Origin: Rhodospirillaceae bacterium
GTDB lineage: Bacteria > Pseudomonadota > Alphaproteobacteria > JAEULC01
Direction of reading: 5' to 3'
DNA length: 62,785 nucleotides
NCBI GenBank assembly: GCA_023266845.1
Contig: JAHFPH010000002.1
Coordinates: 1 to 62,785, forward strand
In this document: positions 59,163 to 62,785 of the stretch, one piece after another
How positions within the stretch are numbered: the first letter of the stretch is position 1
How the letters are laid out: each line of letters begins with the position of its first letter
Notes under the pieces: model-generated
What the model saw: only the letters and a program-made list of their open reading frames with translations
What the model was told of the DNA's origin: nothing
The model's database searches: none
Position numbers and translations under genes: made by a program

Positions 59163-59411
59163 ATGGGTTTGCTGTCTTGGATCGTTTTCGGCCTGATCGC
59201 GGGGATTCTGGCCAAGGTGGTCATGCCGGGGCGCGACCCGGGGGGAGTCATCGTCACCATCGTGATCGGCATCGCCGGCGCGGTGATCGGCGGTTTCATC
59301 GCCACGCTGCTGGGCTTCGGCGATATCGGCGGGTTCAACCTGCCGAACCTGCTCTTCGCGGTGCTGGGCGGCGTGGTGGTGCTGCTGGTCTATCGCCAGC
59401 TGCGGCGCTGA
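59163..59411 (+). CDS. GlsB/YeaQ/YmgE-family stress-response membrane protein
   Basis: 82 aa: MGLLSWIVFGLIAGILAKVVMPGRDPGGVIVTIVIGIAGAVIGGFI... Confidence 0.8.
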   Translation: MGLLSWIVFGLIAGILAKVVMPGRDPGGVIVTIVIGIAGAVIGGFIATLLGFGDIGGFNLPNLLFAVLGGVVVLLVYRQLRR

Positions 59412-59519
59412 AACCCGGCAAAATCGCGGCCCTGGGGCCCGGAATCGCGCTTTGACCCGGGGCCGCCGACGCGGTTTAATGGCCTTAAGCAGCCTGGAAA
59501 TTTTCATAGGACGCCAGCC

Positions 59520-60917
59520 ATGAAGCCGCTCGTGAACTCGCCGTCGGCGCGGGATATCGCCTATCTGGTTCATCCCTACACCAACCTGAAGACCCACCAG
59601 AAGGACGGGCCGCTTGTCGTGCGTGACGGCAAGGGCATCTGGATCACCGACGACGCCGGCAACAACTACATCGAGGGCCTGGCGGGGTTGTGGTGCACGT
59701 CGCTGGGCTTCTCGGAAGAGCGGCTGATCCAGGCGGCGGTCGACCAGATGCGCAAGCTGCCGACCTACCACCATTTCACCGGCAAGTCGCACGCGCCGGG
59801 CATCGACCTGGCCGAAAAGCTGCTGGCGCTGGCGCCGGTGCCGATGTCCAAGGCGTTCTTCGCCAATTCGGGCTCGGAAGCCAACGACACGGCGGTGAAG
59901 CTGGTCTGGTACTACAACAACGCGCTCGACCGGCCGAAGAAGAAGAAAATCATCTCGCGCATCAAGGCCTATCACGGCGTGACGGTGGCCTCGGCCAGCC
60001 TAACCGGCCTGCCCAACAATCACCGCGACTTCGACCTGCCGATCGCCAACATCGTGCATACCGAATGCCCGCACTATTACCGCTTCGGCAAGCCGGGCGA
60101 GAGCGAAGAGGCGTTCGCCACGCGCATGGCCGAGGCGCTGGAGCAGAAGATCGTCGCCGAAGGCGGGGCCGAGGCCTGCGCCGCGTTCATCGCCGAGCCG
60201 ATCATGGGCGCGGGCGGGGTGATCGTGCCGCCCAAGGGCTATTTCGAGAAGATGCAGAAGGTCGTGAAAAAATACGACATGCTGATGATCGCCGACGAGG
60301 TGATCTGCGGCTTCGGGCGCACCGGCAACATGTTCGGCAGCGAGACCTTCGCCATCAAGCCCGACATCATGGTGATGGCCAAGGCGCTGTCGTCGGCGTA
60401 CCTGCCGATCTCGGCCGTGCTGATCAACGAGGCCGTTTTCCAGGGGCTGGTGAAGGAAAGCGAGAAGATCGGCATCTTCGCGCACGGCTTCACCTACAGC
60501 GCGCATCCCGTGGCCGCGGCCGTGGCGATCGAGACGCTGAAGATCTACGAGGAAACCGACATGCTGTCGCATGTCCGCCGCGTGGCGCCGCGCCTGCAGA
60601 ACGGCTTGCGCAAGTTCGCCAGCCACCCGCTGGTGGGCGAGGTGCGCGGCGTGGGCCTAATCGCCGGCATCGAGCTGGTCAAGGACAAGGCGACCAAGGA
60701 ATCGTTCGACGCCAAGCTGGCGGTGGGCGCGTATCTGGTGAAGCGCGCCCAGGCCAACGGGCTGATCATCCGCGCCATGGCCGGCGACCATATCGGCGTC
60801 TGCCCGCCGCTGATCATCAAGGAAAACGAGATCGACATGATCCTGGAACGCTTCGGCATGTCGCTGGACGAGACGCATGCCTGGGTGCGCCAGAACGGCC
60901 ACGCCAAAGCGGCGTAA
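59520..60917 (+). CDS. Class-III (omega) aminotransferase, PLP-dependent
   Basis: ANSGSEANDTAVK, IADEVICGFGRTG and a PLP-lysine region MVMAKALSS. 465 aa. Confidence 0.9.
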   Translation: MKPLVNSPSARDIAYLVHPYTNLKTHQKDGPLVVRDGKGIWITDDAGNNYIEGLAGLWCTSLGFSEERLIQAAVDQMRKLPTYHHFTGKSHAPGIDLAEKLLALAPVPMSKAFFANSGSEANDTAVKLVWYYNNALDRPKKKKIISRIKAYHGVTVASASLTGLPNNHRDFDLPIANIVHTECPHYYRFGKPGESEEAFATRMAEALEQKIVAEGGAEACAAFIAEPIMGAGGVIVPPKGYFEKMQKVVKKYDMLMIADEVICGFGRTGNMFGSETFAIKPDIMVMAKALSSAYLPISAVLINEAVFQGLVKESEKIGIFAHGFTYSAHPVAAAVAIETLKIYEETDMLSHVRRVAPRLQNGLRKFASHPLVGEVRGVGLIAGIELVKDKATKESFDAKLAVGAYLVKRAQANGLIIRAMAGDHIGVCPPLIIKENEIDMILERFGMSLDETHAWVRQNGHAKAA

Positions 60918-61031
60918 CAAGGCGGCCTGACGGGGCTACCCGACGCGACGCGCCCGACGGGAACAGCCGGGGCGGCTTCGGTGTTAGTCGGGTAACGAAA
61001 GAAGACCGGCGCGGGGAGCGTCGTTAGAGAG

Positions 61032-62264
61032 ATGGACTACCAGCGGTTCTTCCTGGACCAGCTCGCGGCGTTGCGCCGCGAGGGGCGCTACCGCGTGTTC
61101 GCCGACCTGGAGCGCCAGGCCGGGATGTTTCCGCGCGCGCTGCGCCACGTGCCGCGCGAGGGCCAGCCCGACCGCGTGATCGAAGTGACGGTGTGGTGCA
61201 GCAACGACTATCTGGGCATGGGCCAGCATCCCCAGGTGCTGGCGGCGATGCGCGCGGCGCTCGACCGGCACGGCGCCGGCGCCGGCGGCACGCGCAACAT
61301 CTCGGGCACGCATCACCTGCTGGTCGAGCTCGAGCGCGAACTGGCCCAGCTGCACGGCAAGGAAGTGGCGCTGCTGTTCACCTCGGGCTATGTGTCGAAC
61401 CAGGCCGCCTTGGGCACGCTGGCGGCGCGGCTGCCGGAGTGCGTCGTGCTGTCGGATGCTATGAACCACGCCTCGATGATCCACGGCATCCGCGACAGCC
61501 GGGCCGAAAAGCACATCTTCGCGCATAACGACGCGGCCGATCTGGAGCGCAAGCTTGCGGCCGAGCCCAAGGGCCGCGCCAAGATCGTGGCGTTCGAATC
61601 GGTCTATTCGATGGACGGCGACATCGCGCCGGTGGGCGAACTGGCGGCGGCGGCGCGCCGGCACGGCGCCTTGACCTATCTCGACGAGGTTCATGCCGTG
61701 GGCATGTACGGCGCGCATGGCGGCGGCGTGTCGGAACGCGACGGCGCGGCCGGCCAGATCGATGTGATCGAGGGCACGCTGGGCAAGGCGTTCGGGGTGA
61801 TGGGCGGGTACATCGCCGGCACCGCGGCGCTGGTCGATTTCGTGCGCAGCAACGCCGGCGGTTTCATCTTCACCACCTCGCTGCCGCCCGCGGTCGCGGC
61901 CGGGGCGTTGGCCGCCGTGCGCGTGTTGAAAAGCGACGAGGGGCGCGCCATGCGCGCGCGGCACCAGGAACGCGCGCGGACTCTGATGGCGCGCTTGGCC
62001 GAGGCCGGTCTGCCGGTGATGCCGTCGCAAAGCCATATCGTGCCGGTGCTGGTGGGCGACGCGGCGCAATGCAAGGCGATCAGCGACCGCCTGTTGGACG
62101 CGCACCACGTCTATGTGCAGCCGATCAACTATCCGACCGTGCCGCGCGGCGCCGAACGGCTGCGCTTCACCCCCACGCCGCTGCACAGCGACGCCGACAT
62201 GGACCACCTGATCCAGGCGCTGCGTTCCGTTTGGCGCGATCTGAAGGTCGGCGTCGCGGCCTGA
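61032..62264 (+). CDS. hemA: 5-aminolevulinate synthase (C4 pathway)
   Basis: [41 protein letters not shown] (PLP-Lys) and FIFTTSLPP. Confidence 0.93.
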   Translation: MDYQRFFLDQLAALRREGRYRVFADLERQAGMFPRALRHVPREGQPDRVIEVTVWCSNDYLGMGQHPQVLAAMRAALDRHGAGAGGTRNISGTHHLLVELERELAQLHGKEVALLFTSGYVSNQAALGTLAARLPECVVLSDAMNHASMIHGIRDSRAEKHIFAHNDAADLERKLAAEPKGRAKIVAFESVYSMDGDIAPVGELAAAARRHGALTYLDEVHAVGMYGAHGGGVSERDGAAGQIDVIEGTLGKAFGVMGGYIAGTAALVDFVRSNAGGFIFTTSLPPAVAAGALAAVRVLKSDEGRAMRARHQERARTLMARLAEAGLPVMPSQSHIVPVLVGDAAQCKAISDRLLDAHHVYVQPINYPTVPRGAERLRFTPTPLHSDADMDHLIQALRSVWRDLKVGVAA

Positions 62265-62269
62265 GATGT

Positions 62270-62292
62270 TGGTTGCGAATCGTTCGCAACCA
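62270..62292 (+). terminator. Stem-loop after hemA (possible terminator)
   Basis: TGGTTGCGAA-TCG-TTCGCAACCA, a perfect 10-bp palindrome starting 6 nt after the stop. No U-tract. Confidence 0.35.
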
Positions 62293-62361
62293 GGTCTAGA
62301 CTGACCTTGCGCGCTCGTATATGTCTGACAAATACCGGGGCTGGACGGATTCTACGTGCCG

Positions 62362-62785
62362 ATGTACCGCGACAATTCCCTGATTCCGATCGAAGCGGTG
62401 CGGCTGTGCGCGCTCGGCCGGCTGCTGCAGGGCAGCCTTAGCTACGCCGCGCTCGCGGGCGAGGTGCGCCATTTCACCAGCCGCATGATGGGCCCGTCGC
62501 TCGATCTGCTCGGCACTTCCATCGAACTGTTGCGCCTGGAAGGCCTGGTCGCGGCGGAGGGCGGCAAGGGCATGGACGACAACGCCATGCTGGCCATCAC
62601 CGACGCCGGCCGCGCCCAGTTCCGCGACTTGATGCGCGCCCATGTCCGCGCGCCCGGCAGCGACGTAGGCAAGCTGGTGCTAGCCTTGAAGCTGCGCTTT
62701 TTGCATCTGCTGAGCCTTGAGGACCGGCGCGAGCAGATGGACCAGATGGTCGAGCTGTACCAGGGCGAGAAGGCGCGCTTCGTCG
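62362..62785 (+). CDS. Hypothetical protein, 3-prime partial (runs off the window)
   Basis: Open frame from ATG 62362 to the window end: MYRDNSLIPIEAVRLCALGRLLQG...LLRLEGLVAA..., which looks faintly like a winged helix. It is absent from the ORF track only because no stop is reached. Confidence 0.4.
   Translation, partial: MYRDNSLIPIEAVRLCALGRLLQGSLSYAALAGEVRHFTSRMMGPSLDLLGTSIELLRLEGLVAAEGGKGMDDNAMLAITDAGRAQFRDLMRAHVRAPGSDVGKLVLALKLRFLHLLSLEDRREQMDQMVELYQGEKARFV

Overview
About 63 kb of high-G+C chromosomal DNA. Gene content and synteny point to an alphaproteobacterium: C4-pathway 5-aminolevulinate synthase, a RibH2-type lumazine synthase behind an FMN riboswitch, DUF1674/SDHAF4, an ELM1-family gene, aroA-cmk-rpsA-sppA-ihfB-lapA, ftsY-mtaB-dapF opposite ffh, and rpsP-rimM-trmD-rplS-leuC. 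I can support about 65 protein genes, one tRNA-Ala(GGC), one FMN riboswitch, one decayed IS3-family element and two loci of a REP-like palindromic repeat. I saw no rRNA, CRISPR array or prophage. Most of the window is housekeeping and very compact, with many ATGA/GTGA start/stop overlaps. The many 200-900 aa ORFs antisense to recognisable genes are R/A/G/P-rich shadow ORFs typical of high-GC DNA, and I rejected them. I did not find a convincing defence-island-type system. The best follow-up candidates are: (1) a translationally coupled 2OG-Fe(II) oxygenase and a 645-aa internally repeated protein of unknown family, downstream of a riboswitch-ribH2-ELM1 unit; (2) an operon of a TIM-barrel protein, an RraA-like protein and a Tat-exported beta-carbonic-anhydrase-like protein next to an ECF sigma/anti-sigma pair; (3) a secreted multidomain caspase-like (C14) protein; (4) a structured, terminator-ended candidate sRNA beside tRNA-Ala; (5) a decayed paralogue of the XRE regulator upstream of ffh; (6) a three-gene O-antigen-initiation-type module embedded between rpe and purH. 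Functional statements beyond family assignment are inference from motifs read by eye. No database search was run.
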